DNA of 64,000 nt from Blastocystis sp. Blastoise (Eukaryota; Protista; Bigyra: Opalinata). Location: assembly GCA_039096225.1 (NCBI GenBank), contig JBBPEB010000011.1:124001-188000 (forward strand), written 5' to 3'. This document shows positions 40,647 to 55,951 of the stretch, in pieces (the stretch's first letter is position 1; the number at the start of each line of letters is the position of its first letter). The notes beneath the pieces were generated by a model. The model made no database searches. It had not been told where the DNA came from and was given only the letters and a program-made list of their open reading frames with translations. A program made the position numbers and the translations under genes.

Positions 40647-41137
40647 CCTTTTTTATATATATTAAATTAATTTTTGATAGATTGTTTAAATATTAAACTT
40701 TATAAAAAATATATATATTTTGTTTATTCATTGTATACGTCATTTCTTTTGCGAATTCTAAATGATATTTTTAAACATATTCATTATTGACTAATATTCA
40801 TAGAAATAATCAAGAAGATCATTTTTTGTATTCTTTCACAGAACGATGAATACCTACCTAGTACAGAATAAAAGACATAAATATAGAAAATTCATAATTT
40901 ATACTATGATTCCTTGAATAATCAAGATTCTAAAAAAAATCAAGATATTCATGGTTTTTTCAATAATTTCTCAAGTTGTTTTTCTTTGGGTTTTCTTGAG
41001 TTCTGGTCAATAATTACTTTTTGATATATTTCTATATTAAACTATAGAAACATTAATATAAAGTAAATATTATTATTTCACAGATCATTTGGTTCAATAA
41101 TTAAATAAAGTTTATTTACATTATTGAGTCATTTACT

Positions 41138-42759
41138 ATGGAACAAGATTTATTTAATCCAAAGTATTTAATTTATATTATTATAAAATATTCATATAAT
41201 TTAAAATATATATAATATTTCTATTTTTCTTTAGAAAGTGTTTAGATACATTATTACAATTTCGAAGTAATATTGTTAGTATTATCCAAAATAAATGTGA
41301 TTTACTTTTGAGTAATACGACTCAAGATGATTCTGAAATCATGGATATATTAGAAAGTTTTTCTTATATATCATTTCTTTGTCCTCAAATATTTCCTTCT
41401 TTAGAAAGTTTTTTAAAACAATCTAAAATATATGAAATACTGATTCAGAAAGATTCTGATCGTATTTTACATATATTATATTTTTTCTTTTCTTCTATGA
41501 AGAATCAAATGATATATTTATGTGATTGGAGTTTTTTATATACTTATTTAACTTCACAATCTGTTATTAGTCGTTATTATGCTTCAGAAATATTATATAA
41601 TTTATTAAATTTAGAAACTATAGAAAAATCGGGTATTTCTAAGAATTTAGGTTTAATAAAAGATTCAATGTTTTCAATACATGATGATCAATTAATTACT
41701 TCTCTTAAAGAAACAGATGCTTCTATATTCTCAAAATTATCTTTTTTACATTCAAATATGTTTTTTGTAGAATCTTCATCCTCTTCTTTATTATCTATAG
41801 ATTCTACGAAATCAATTAATAATAATAATAATTCACAAATTACATCTTCATCTTCATCTACTACTACTACTACTTCTTCATCTACTGCTTCTACTACTTC
41901 TTCTTCTCAACTTCAACAATTTGTTGATGTATGTGGTATAACACTTCCTTATAAACAATATTCAAAAGATATTACTTATGAATCTACAAAGGATATACAA
42001 TCTACTTTTTATTATACACCTACTGTTGAGAAGAATATGAAATTACTTGCTTTATCCTTATGCAATAAACAACCTATATTACTTCAAGGAGAAGGTAGTT
42101 GTGGTAAAACAAGTATACTCTATGAATTAGCTCGTATTACAGGAAATAAAGATATGATACAAATGTATATAGATGATCAAATGGATAGTAAATCTTTATT
42201 TGGTACTTATATATGTACAGATATTCCTGGAGAATTTAAATGGCAACCAGGTGCTTTAACACAAGCTGTACAAGAAGGGAAATGGTTATTAATAGAAGAT
42301 ATTAATAAAGTACCTTTTGATATTATTACTGCTTTAATTCCATTAGTAGAAAATGGAATATTAAGTTTACCAGGTAGAGGTATAGATATACAAGTACATC
42401 CGAATTTTAGATTATTTGGAACATGGACTATTCAAAATAAAGGAAAAGGAAAAGATGGTATATATACAGAAGGGGGAAATGCTAGTATTAATAGTTTTAT
42501 TAATAACCATTGGTTTAAAATTTATATTGAACCTTTACAATTTAATGAATTATATACTATTATACAAAAACAATATCCATTATTTCCTGAAACTATTGTA
42601 TGCTTTTTTATGTGTTTATTTATATTTTCTTTTTTTTTTAATTGAATATTCTTTTATTTATTTATTTAATTTATATGTATTTATAATTTTTTTTTATTTC
42701 ATTTAATCTTTATATCTTTTCTTTTTTTTTATTGAATATTCTATATTATTCATATATAT

Positions 42760-42795
<36 letters not shown>

Positions 42796-43094
42796 TTCAG
42801 AATATGATTCAAACCTATAGTTTATTATTAACATCCGGTCAAAATGATATAGAAGAAGTAGATAGTCATGAATCTTCTATTTATACTCAAGATAAATATC
42901 TGGCTATTGTACAAACATTAAAGAAGAAACTAGAAAAATCAAAAGTCATTCTTCAAAGGTATATATATATAATTATAATATTATTATTTGTTGTTGTATA
43001 TGTTATTCTATTTTATATATTTTGTTAATAATAATAATAATAAATATAATAATAATATATATAATAATAATAATAATAAAAAAAATAATAATAA

Positions 43095-43131
<37 letters not shown>

Positions 43132-46100
43132 TATATATATATAGATATGGTAAGCCTATATCTTCTAGAGATTTATTTAAATGGGCAGAACGTATTCATT
43201 CTTTAGTAGAAACACAACTAAATAATAATTATATATCAGAACAAGTATATATATATAATATATTATATATATAATATATATATATAATATAACTATATAG
43301 AATCGTATACAAATAATACAAGAAGCATTTGAAGTATTCGCGGGGATTTTACCAGATAGTGATTGTCAGAATGTTCTATTAGAAGGCATTTCGTTGATAT
43401 GGGATATACAATATGATCGTGCTTATCAAACTATTAAGAAAGGGAAACCTCAAATACATATAGAGAATAATATGTTATATATAGGTCGATCTCATGTAGA
43501 GAAGAAAGAGAGAAGTATAATTGATAATAGATTTGCTCAAACAAGTCAATCCTTACGTCTTTTAGAAAGATTATGTGTCTGTATTAATACAAATGAACCT
43601 ATATTATTAGTAGGAGAGACAGGCTGTGGTAAAACCACGATTATTCAATATCTAGCAAAAGCTATTGGAAAAGAAATTATTGTAACGAATCTTAACGAAC
43701 AAAGTGAAACCAGCGATCTTATTGGAGGATTCAAACCTACTGAAATAAGAACATTAATTATTCCTATATATATAGAATTTTGTAATACATTTGAATTAAT
43801 ATTTAATAAACAGGTAGTTATTATATTATTATATTTATTATTTATTATTATTTGTTATTTATTATTTATTTATTATTATTATTTATTTGTTATTATTATT
43901 TATCATTATTTATTATTAATTCTAAATATTTGTCTGTATATAATTATTTTTCTTCTTTATAGACAAATGCCAAGTTTTTAAATACGATGCGATTATTATA
44001 TGAGCATAATATGTATGATAAAGTTATTGATGGATTCGAAAAATGTGTTTCTTTAATTCAAGCTAAAATGAATAAAGTATATTATTCTATAGAATGTATT
44101 ATTATTCATAATAATAGAATAATAATAATAATATTAATAATCATATTAATAATATTAATAATATTAATAATAATAATAATATTAATAATCATATTAATAA
44201 TATTAATAATATTAATAATAATAATAATATTAATATATATAGGGTTGGAAACCATCAAATGAAGTTTTTCAGAAAATACAGTTATTTATGAAACATGTTA
44301 TATATATACGTCAGAAATATATACAAATTCAAAGTTCTTTTGCTTTTTCATTTATTCCTGGTGTTTTAATTGATGCTATAACCACGGGAAAATGGATTTT
44401 ATTAGATGAATTGAATTTAGCATCTTCAGAAGTACTTCAACGTTTGTCTGGTTTATTAGAAGGATCAAATAGTCGATTTATATTAACTGAAAGAGGAGAT
44501 ACAGAGCCATTATATATACATCCTGAATTCCGATTATTTGGTGCTATGAATCCTCCTACGGATGTAGGAAAGAAGGAATTACCTGCTGCTCTTCGTAATC
44601 GATTCACAGAGATCTATGTGGATGAACTAGAAGATGAAGTTGATCTTAGAGTATATTAATTATATTTTATTATTGACTATATTTTATTATTGATTATATT
44701 TTATTATTGATTATATTTTATTATTTATTCTATTTTATTATATTTATTTTATTCTATTTATTATATTTTATTATATTTATTTTATTCTATTTATTATATA
44801 TATTATTAACATATTCTCTTAATACTAATTAATAATAATCATTATATATAGATATTAATAGAGAATTATTTAGGATGTATTGTTCCTACTATTCCTATAC
44901 CTGATATTATTCAATTTTATTTAAAAGCTCGTTCTATGACACAAACTGAATTAGTAGATGGTGCTGGATTAAAACCGCGGTTTTCTCTTCGTACATTATG
45001 TCGTGCACTTGAATTTACAAAAGATATTATTCCCTATAAATTTGGATTTGAACGTGCTCTCTATGAAGGAATGTCTATGTCATTCTTAACTATGTTAGAT
45101 GATAATTCTAGAAATAAAATGATTTTATTTATAAAGAGTGTATTTGCTAAGAAATTAAATGAAAAACAATTAAATTTACCACCAAAACGACCTGAAAGAG
45201 ATGATTCAAATGAAAATTGGATTCAAGTAGATAAATATTGGCTTAAAAGAGGTAAAGAACCTATTATGGATCAAAGTAAACCTGATTCCCACGGTAATAC
45301 TCACTTCGTATTAACTGAAAGTACAAATGCACGTGTTGGAGAATTATGTCGTTCTATATTAACTGGAAAATATCCTGTTTTATTACAAGTATATATATAA
45401 TGTTATTTGTATTCTATACTATACTATTTATTTATTTTTTTAATAATACTTTTTTTTTTAAATAAATTATTATTATATTATTCTATTTTTAAAAATAACT
45501 CTCTACATATTTCATGTTATTTATATATACATAAATACTTATACAATATAGGGTCCTACTTCAACCGGAAAGACATCTTTAGTATTATATATAGCAGCAT
45601 TAACGGGTCATAAATGTATTCGTATAAATAATCATGAATATACAGATCTTCAAGAGTATACAGGTCAATATATAACAGATAAAGATGGTAAATTAGTATT
45701 TAAAGAAGGATTATTAGTACAAGCATTAAGAAATGGCTGGTGGGTTGTTTTAGATGAATTGAATTTAGCTCCTTCTGAAGTATTAGAAGCATTAAATAGA
45801 TTATTAGATGATAATCGTGAATTATTTATACCTGAAACAAATACTATTGTTAAACCTCATCCTGATTTCATTCTATTTGCTACACAAAATCCCCCTGGTT
45901 TATATGGGGGACGTAAACAATTATCACGTGCATTTAGAAATCGATTTATCGAAATGCATATAAATGATTTACCTTATAAAGAATTAGAAGAGATTATCTT
46001 AAAACGAAGTCAAATAGCTCCTCCCTTTGCAAAGAAAATGATACAAATTATGATGGAACTACAGATGGTCCGTCAACAGAGTAATATATTCATGGGAAAA

Positions 46101-46841
46101 CAAGGATTTATAACAACTAGAGATTTATTACGATGGGCCAATCGTAATCCAAGAACTTATACTGTATATATTATTATATTATATTTATTATTATATTAAT
46201 TATATTTATTATTTTATTATTATTTCTATAATAATCAATAAATAATATATATATATATATATTTATAGGAATTAGCTTATCATGGATATATGTTATTAGC
46301 AGAGAGATTACGTAGTAATGAAGAATCTATAACTATAAAGAATATTATAGAGAAACATACAAATACTACTATTAATTTAATGGAATTATATGGTATGAAT
46401 ACTCACGATAATAATAATACTCAAGAGAATAATAATAAGAAGAATAGTATGGAAATAGAAAAAGAAGAAGGAAAAGAAGATATTCCTGAAAGTATTTGGA
46501 CATATAAGAATTTAGTTGAGTTACAGCAATCGATTCAAACACATACTTCGACTGAAAATCATGGTTTGCAGAGTATTGCACTTACCTATACATTACAGAA
46601 ACTCTTTAAATTAATTGGCACATGCTTAGAACATAATGAAGCTGTTCTATTGGTTGGTGAAACAGGTGGAGGGAAAACAACGGCTGTTCAATTAGTATCC
46701 AAAATGATGAATAAAGAATTAGTTATTTTAAATTGGTATATAATAATTATTATTTTATATTTCAGTTTTTATTATTATTATTTTTTTTTTATACTAATAT
46801 TTTATTTATGTTTTAGAATTATTCTATAATAATAAAATAAT

Positions 46842-46875
<34 letters not shown>

Positions 46876-48821
46876 ATGCGAATACGGAGACAAGTGATAT
46901 TATTGGTGGTTTACACCCTAGTCATAATCATGATAATGCTTTACAATTATTAAAACAAACTATTACTCATTATACTCTCCATTATATAGATATACCTTTA
47001 TATCCTAAGGATGTTACAAGTAAAGAATTATTTATTGAATATATGAATATACATTCTATTACTGATATTATGATATGGTTTAATGATATTATGAAGAAGA
47101 CTAAATATACTAAGGATAGCGATCAAGGTATTCTTATTCAATCTATATATGAATATAACCGTGAATATCAAAGTATATTTGTATGGGAAGATGGTCCATT
47201 ATTACAATGTATGAAACAAGGAACAATATTCCTCTTAGATGAAATCTCATTGGCTGAAGATGCTGTTCTAGAACGTATTAATAGTGTTCTTGAAACAGAT
47301 CGTAAATTAGTAGTTACTGAAAAAGGAGATACTAATGAAGAAATTACTGCTGTAGATGGATTTAGGTATATTATATTATTTATTATATTTTTATATTTGT
47401 TTATATTTATGATATTTATGATATTTAGATTTATTTATTATATATATAATAATAATAATAAATATAATAATAATAAATATAATAATAATAAATATAATAT
47501 TAATTATATATATATAGATTATTAGCTACAATGAATCCAGGTGGTGATTTTGGTAAGCGTGAGTTATCTCCTGCTCTTCGTAATCGATTCACAGAGATCT
47601 GGGTATCGAATACACAAACTATAGAAGATTTAAAGATGATTATAAGTGATCGTATACAGATGAGAGGTATTTCAGACCATACCAAAGAAGTTCTTTTACC
47701 TTATGTAGATATATTCTTAGATTTTATGAGTTTTTATAATAGATTATTAGATAGTCGTAATACAAATAATAAGACTGCAACTACCTTTATTACTTTACGT
47801 GATTTATTATCTATTATAGATTTCATGCGTATATGTGTGAATGATTTATCGATGTCTGTATCTATGTCTTTCTTTGAGTCTATTTCTATGATTCTTCTAG
47901 AAGGTATAGGTTTAGGACAAGGAATGGATAGAAATACTGCAGATAGTATTAAACATGATTGTTATCAATATATATATAGTCATACATCCTTAACAGAACA
48001 TGACCAATCTCTATTTACTTCTTCTCCTATTATTACTCAAGATACATTATTTGGTTGTTCTCCTTATTATATACCCTTATTAATCAATGAACAATCAACA
48101 CAAATACAAAATAACTTCTTATTCTCAAGTAAGACTACTTCAGTTAATTTAAGACGTGTTTTAAGAGCTTTACAAGTACATAAACCAGTATTATTAGAAG
48201 GATCTCCAGGTGTAGGGAAAACTACCTTAATTCAGGCAATAGCTGATGCTACTCATAGAAAATTAGTATATTATTAGATTTTTATGTTATTTATTTATTT
48301 TTTATTTTATTTTATTATTTTATTTATTTTATTTATTTTTATATTTATATATTTATATAAATGTATTTTATTATGATTATATTATGGTATATGAGATGAA
48401 CTATATATGTATATATATATGTTCTTAATGAATGTACACTTGATCTATGAATATAAAATACATTATTTTATTATTATATTTAATAATATTATTATAAATA
48501 TAGGTAAGAATTAATTTAAGTGAACAAACAGATATGAGTGATTTGATTGGAGGACATCTACCTGTTCCTGTAACAGCTGGTATATATATTATTTATCGTT
48601 TTATCAATCCTTTTATTTTATAATAATAATAATACTATATATATATATATATATATATATAGAAAGTGATTCCTCTTCTTCTATTCAATTTTCTTGGTCT
48701 GCTGGTATTCTTTTAGAGGCTATTATTCACGGGGATTGGGTATTATTTGATGAAATGAACTTAGCTCCTCAGAGTGTTCTCGAAGGATTAAATAGTCTTC
48801 TAGATCATCGGTATATATATA

Positions 48822-48861
<40 letters not shown>

Positions 48862-48940
48862 ATATAGTGCTTCTATATATATACCTGAAATTAATAAAGA
48901 ATATAAATGTCCACCAACATTCCAAATATTTGCAGCTCAA

Positions 48941-49014
<74 letters not shown>

Positions 49015-50565
49015 ATCTCTAGAATCCATTACAAGAAGGAGGAGGTCGTAAGGGTCTACCAAAGTCATTCCTTAATAGATTTGTTAAGGTATATAGTTAT
49101 ATATAACTATATATATAACTATATATATATATAGGTATATATAAATGCATTAACTCGTGAAGATCTTTTATTTATTGCTACAAATACATTTATAACGAAA
49201 TATACTTCTATATATACTCAACGTATGATGACAAATCCTGTGACACCCTCAGTTTCTCCAGTAGAAACTGTGTCTCAAAGTCCCTCACAATCATATGATT
49301 TATTAAATCGTCAGCATGATATAGAAGTTATGATTGGTCAAATGATAGATACTGTAACGTATTTAGATGATACAATTAATGTTAATCATAAATATGGATA
49401 TAAAAATGGTCCTTATGAATTCAATTTAAGAGATATATATAGATGGTGTGATTTAATACTTACTCATGAGTATATATATGTTTTTATTATTATTAATCAT
49501 ATTATTATTATTATTATTTATTATTATTATTATTATTTATTATTATATAGAATGGAATCATTAGATGCTTATAAATATGTTAAATTATTATTTTTAGATC
49601 GTTTACGTGATGCTCATGACAGAGAGTGCGTCAATAAAGATATCAATGTTATATTTAACCGTAATTCTATTCTTAATCAAAATCCATCTCTTTTTATAAA
49701 TAATGATCTTCTTCAAGTATATATATATATTATTATTATTATTAATCTTTATTATTTTGTTTATATGAATATAAATAGATATAATGATGAGTATATATAA
49801 TTATCTTAGTATATATGGCCTCTCAATCCATATATATATTGATATGATGATTCATAATCTTCTCTCTGATATTATCTATACTATACTATACTATATAATA
49901 TGATGAATAATATATAATCTATTACATATATATGATTAGATTGGATCCTTAATTATATCACGTAATTCTCAACTTTCTCATTCTTCAAATACTGTGATTC
50001 CCGCGGTTATGGGTTCTCTTTCAAAGGATCCTTTATTACGTCACCAACTTCCTTATATACAAGATATATTATTATGTATATATCAGAAATGGCCTGTATT
50101 ATTAATAGGAGAAGAATCTATAGGAAAAAGTTATATTATTCGTTCTATTGGTTCTTTATTAAATCGTCATATATATGAATATAGTATGAATAGTAGCAGT
50201 GATACTAATGAATTATTAGGATGTTTTGAACAATTAGAAGTATCGAAACATATATGTATTTATATTAATAAATTAAAGAAATATTTAAATAGTTTATTAT
50301 CTACATTCTTAGTTTTATATTGTGATGAATATAGAAAGAGATATAATAATATATCCAATAATACTATGAGTAATACTATGAGTAATGATGGTAAAAGACG
50401 TCGTCGAAATGATAGTGTTTCTGTGTCTCCTGTAACGTCCCCAATAGATCCCTCTTTAGATGAAGACAATCTTTCTCAAATACTTCATTTATTACAAGAA
50501 TCCATGCATCAATTAAATACCTATTTATTATTGATGTCTCAAGAAACATCTTCTTCTTCTTCTTC

Positions 50566-50652
<87 letters not shown>

Positions 50653-53600
50653 AAATGATCAAGATACCTTAATTCATACTATATTTAATTCTATAAAGAA
50701 TATATTTACTTCTATTACAATAGATATTATTCATACTCATATAAATAATACTACAATACAAATAGAACAATCTTTAATAGATGAATATAAGAATTTAGTG
50801 GCATTATATGATAAGAAATTGAAAGGTGTATTTGAATGGATAGATAGTAGTTTAATAGAAGCTATAGAATATGGTTATTGGGTTATTTTAGATAATGTTA
50901 ATTTCTGTAATGCAAATATATTAGATCGATTAAATTCATTATTAGAACCAAATGGTATATTAGTATTAAGTGAATGTGGACTACAAAATGGCCATATACG
51001 TATAATTAAACCACATCCTAATTTTAGATTATTTTTATTAATGAATCCACAATATGGTGAAATAAGTAGAGCTATGAGAAACCGTTGTGTAGAAATATTT
51101 ATTGTTCCTTTCCTTAAGAATGATTTGAATTTAATTTCTGAAGAAAAGAAGAAAGAAATAGAATTAGAAAAGATTAATGAATTAAATAAAAATAATGAAG
51201 AAAAAGAAAATGATAAGAATAATAAGAATAATAATAAAGAGGAGGAAAAGAAGAAGATGATGAAGAAATCAAAAGAAATTCAAAATGAGACTCTATCCAT
51301 TGAAAAAGATAAAGTTATTTCTATTCCTTCTATAACTATAGAAACATTATTTGATGAATATGATATACTTACTAATTGTGGTATATATAATAGTTATTTG
51401 AATATAATAATAATATCAATTCATCATGGATTACAAATAGAAGGATATAAACAAGGATATTATATAAATGAACGTTATTTGAAGAGATTTGTATTATTAT
51501 TATTAAAGCAAATACAGCAAGGTAATTCAATACAATCGATATTTAAAGATACATTACAACAAATATATCCTCTGTGTCTTCTATCTATATATAATACTAT
51601 AATAGATACATATGTACAAAGTATATCGTCACTTACTTTAGATTCTATGTTACCTACTTGTATATTACCTTCTAAATATACATCTATTGATAGTATTAAA
51701 GATAATAATAAATATATTCATAGAGAAGTATATAATTATATTATTTTATATTTATTATTATTATTATATTTATATTTATATTTATAATATTTATTATATA
51801 TTATATATATTATATATATTATTATATTTATTATATTTATTATATTTATTATATTTACTATTAAACTATCATTTATTATACATAAATTTCTACTCATTAT
51901 ACATTATATAGGCTTATTTGATTGAATATACATTTACTTTATTATATTTATCTCTTGCAAAACAATCATCATTATATTATTCTTTATATGATTTATTGTC
52001 TTCTTTCTGTTCTACTCTTTCTATTCCATTTAATATATCAAAAGAAATGTCTTATACAGAAATGATTCAGTATATATTAACTACTTTGATTCCTTCTTCT
52101 ATTAGTACTTATATTATGAATTCCCATGGTATTTTAACAGTTGATTTCTATAAAGAATTAACGGAATATATAAAAATATCTTGTCATACTTATGTTAATA
52201 ATAAAGATATAGATATTTTATTAGATCAAATTATGCAAATAACGTATTCTATATTAAATAATTTCTATACTTATGATTTATTTACTACATATACTTCTCT
52301 TCAACAAAAATTATATACTTATTCAAAATCATTAGAAATTTATCAATCTGAAGAAATATCATTATATACAGGTAATTATGATTCTACTTTAAAACCTTCT
52401 ATTTCTATGTTATTATCAAGTTTACCCAATGTACCTTATAATAATAATGATATATTAATTAATTTATTTAATGAAATATATTCTATGATCTATAAATATA
52501 ATGGTGAAAATAAACAAGAAAAAATACAAGAATATATAAATATAAAAGAAGAATTTAATAATCTTATTCAACAATTTTCTTATTTTATTTATTATATACC
52601 TTATTATATCCAATATTTATATATAAATGAATTTGATAAATTACCCTTAATTGATACTTATATGAATATAAATAGTTATTTCTATTTATCATTACAAGTA
52701 GATCTACAGAAAAAAGATAAAACACAAGTTGAAAATGTTGTTCCTTATATGTATATATATATATATATAGATTATTATTATATTTATTTATTTTATATTT
52801 TTAATTAGATATATATATATATATTTTATTTATATATATATATTATTTTAATTTCATTTAAATATATTTTATTCTAATAATCATAATAATAACTATATAT
52901 ATATATATATATAGTTCTTCTTTTATGTCTATAATAACTACAATACAACTTTCTCTTTGTTATTCTATAAATATAATAGATTTAACTACTTATCAATCTC
53001 TCCTAAAATATTATTCTAATTTCTTATATTACTTTACTTCATCTCCTATTCCTTATATGGATATGTATATATTATTAATATTACAACAATATCATACTAT
53101 ATTATTCCCTATTCTTCAACAACAATATATGGAGAATTATATGAATATATATACTTCGATAATAAAATCATTTGATGCTCAATCAGCTACATATTCCCGT
53201 GAATATTTATGGAAAAATCAGGGATTCCCATTATTACCTGGTAATAAACAAATTGCACATACAATTGATAGAATTACAAATATGGTATATAGATATTATT
53301 ATTATTATTATTTTTTATTATAATTTTATTCTTATTTTTTTATTTTTTTTTATTATAAATATATTCTAAATAGTTATTTTTATATTTTTATTTTTTTATT
53401 ATAAATACATTCTATATAGTTATCTTCTTTTATGTTACCTTCAAGATCATTAACAGTTTCGTCTATGCCAACAATGAATAATCTTTTCTTCCTTTCCTTC
53501 ACTACTGGCGATCGTTCTCTTCTGATTGACTCTATTTCAACACTTATTTGGGCAGATTCCCATGAAAAAGAACAAAATATTAATACACTATGTGAAAATA

Positions 53601-55911
53601 TTCTTGAATCTGTAACAAAAACTATAGAAACAACTAAAAATAATTTTAAGAAGAATTCAGAAATTATTCATGTGGAAGACGAAGAAAATCCATTTAATAT
53701 TCTTTATTTAAGAGATTCTATATATAATATATGGAATAAAATAGAAATAGAATTAATACAACAAAATGATTGGATTAAAATAGAATATAATTTATTAACT
53801 GAATTATTTATTAATAATTCACAAGTATATTTATTATTTATTTTATTATTATTATTTTATTATTATATATTATTTATATATTATTCATATATTATTATTA
53901 ATATATTATTCATATATTGTTATTTATATATTTATAAATCTCATTTATCTATCTATAGACTTCTTCTTTGAAATCTCGTTTATCTATTTATATTAATCAT
54001 TTAATTGCGAATAGTAATAGACAGCCGTTAACATTAGTACCTTTACAACAATTAAAATGGTTCATCCAATCAGATGCTTCTACTATCGATAAATCTATTG
54101 AAACTATTTCTTTTAGTGTTCGATATAAAGCTATATATTCTTATTTTGAATATTTATATAGTGATATTATGAAAGGTTCTGAAATTGTCTTTAGTCAATA
54201 TAAGCCACCAATAGATTTAAATAATCCTAATAATATTAATATGAATATTTATGGTTGTGATTTATTATTTAAACCTATTAAATTAACTTCTATATTAAGT
54301 TTATATTTACAAAAACAATCAACTACTTTAGAAAATGTGAAGAGTTTTATAGATATATATAAATCATTACTTTCTCAACAAGGTCAATTTATTGTTGTAT
54401 ATAATTATATTCTATATTTTATTTTATATTTATTTTATATTTTATTTTATGCTTATTTTTTATTTATTTTATATTTATTTTTTTATTTTTTTTACTATTA
54501 TATATATATATTTTACTATTATATATACATTATAAGCAACCCTTTTATACATAATTCTCTCTTTTCTATAGCCATCAAATATATCATTACTTGATAATTC
54601 TTTTACTTTATTTTATTCTCTACTTCGTGATTTATTGAATACATATATATCTCCTGTTTCTTCTATTCTATTACCTTCTACTTATAATGAACTTACACAA
54701 GAATTATTAATGAATATATATAATACTATTCAACATAGTGATGAAAATCTATTTATTTCTTTAATACAATCTATATATCTTCCTCTATTCTCTTTAATAA
54801 ATGAATATATACATCCTTCAACGACCATTCTTAAAGAGAATAATATGCCTACTAAAGCTATACTTATAGGATCCTTATATATTATATTATCTATTCTTCA
54901 ATATTCATTATTAATTCCATTAAATCCAGTAGATCCTGCATTAAAATCGTGGTTATTTAAACAAATGAATCAACAATATATTCATTCTTTAGAAACTTTA
55001 TCTCATTATATATTTTATTATATAAGTTTATATTATGGTAATAATGAAGATTCTATATTATTAAAGAATTATTTAATAGAAATTAATAATTTAATTGAAA
55101 ATGAAAAAATAAAAAATAAAGAATATGAAGAACATTCGATAGAACGAGAAGGTATTGATCAATTTAAATATTTATATAATGATTTAATTTCCTTTACAAA
55201 GTCAGTATTTAATATACAACGTATATCTACCTTACATTTACAATTATTAAAGAATATATCATTTATTACTTCATCTTCTCCTATATATAATAATATTATG
55301 AATATATATCAATTATTAATAGATCATAATCCTCAATTATTATTTAATACAAATATGAATATAAATCAACAATCACAAATAACTTTAAATACTATAACTA
55401 AAAAAGATAGTATTTTATTATTAAATGAAGTTGATATTATTGAATCTGCTTGTAAGAATTATAAATCTACATTAATGTCAAAATATACAAAATATTATGA
55501 TATATTAATACCTATATTTACTTCATTATATTTCTATCAATATGGATTAAAATTAGTATCTTCTATATTAAAGTCATCGTTATCAACAATACAATCTTTA
55601 TCTACTAATAATAATATATATATACATTCATCAACTATTCTTCAATATCCATTATCTATTATGATGAAAGAAAAACCAATTGATGATATATATACATTAA
55701 TTGAAACTGCTTCAGAATCTAATTCTACAAATATATATATTATATTATTAAATCAATTAATATTATATTCTAATTTACTTCGTAAACAAGGTCAAGAAAA
55801 TAATAAAGATATTTATATTATTATTAATCAATTATTTAAAATGTATGTTGATATATATAATAAACAAAAAGAAGATGAAATGATAAAGGTATGTTAGAGG
55901 TTATTTTTTTT

Positions 55912-55951
<40 letters not shown>

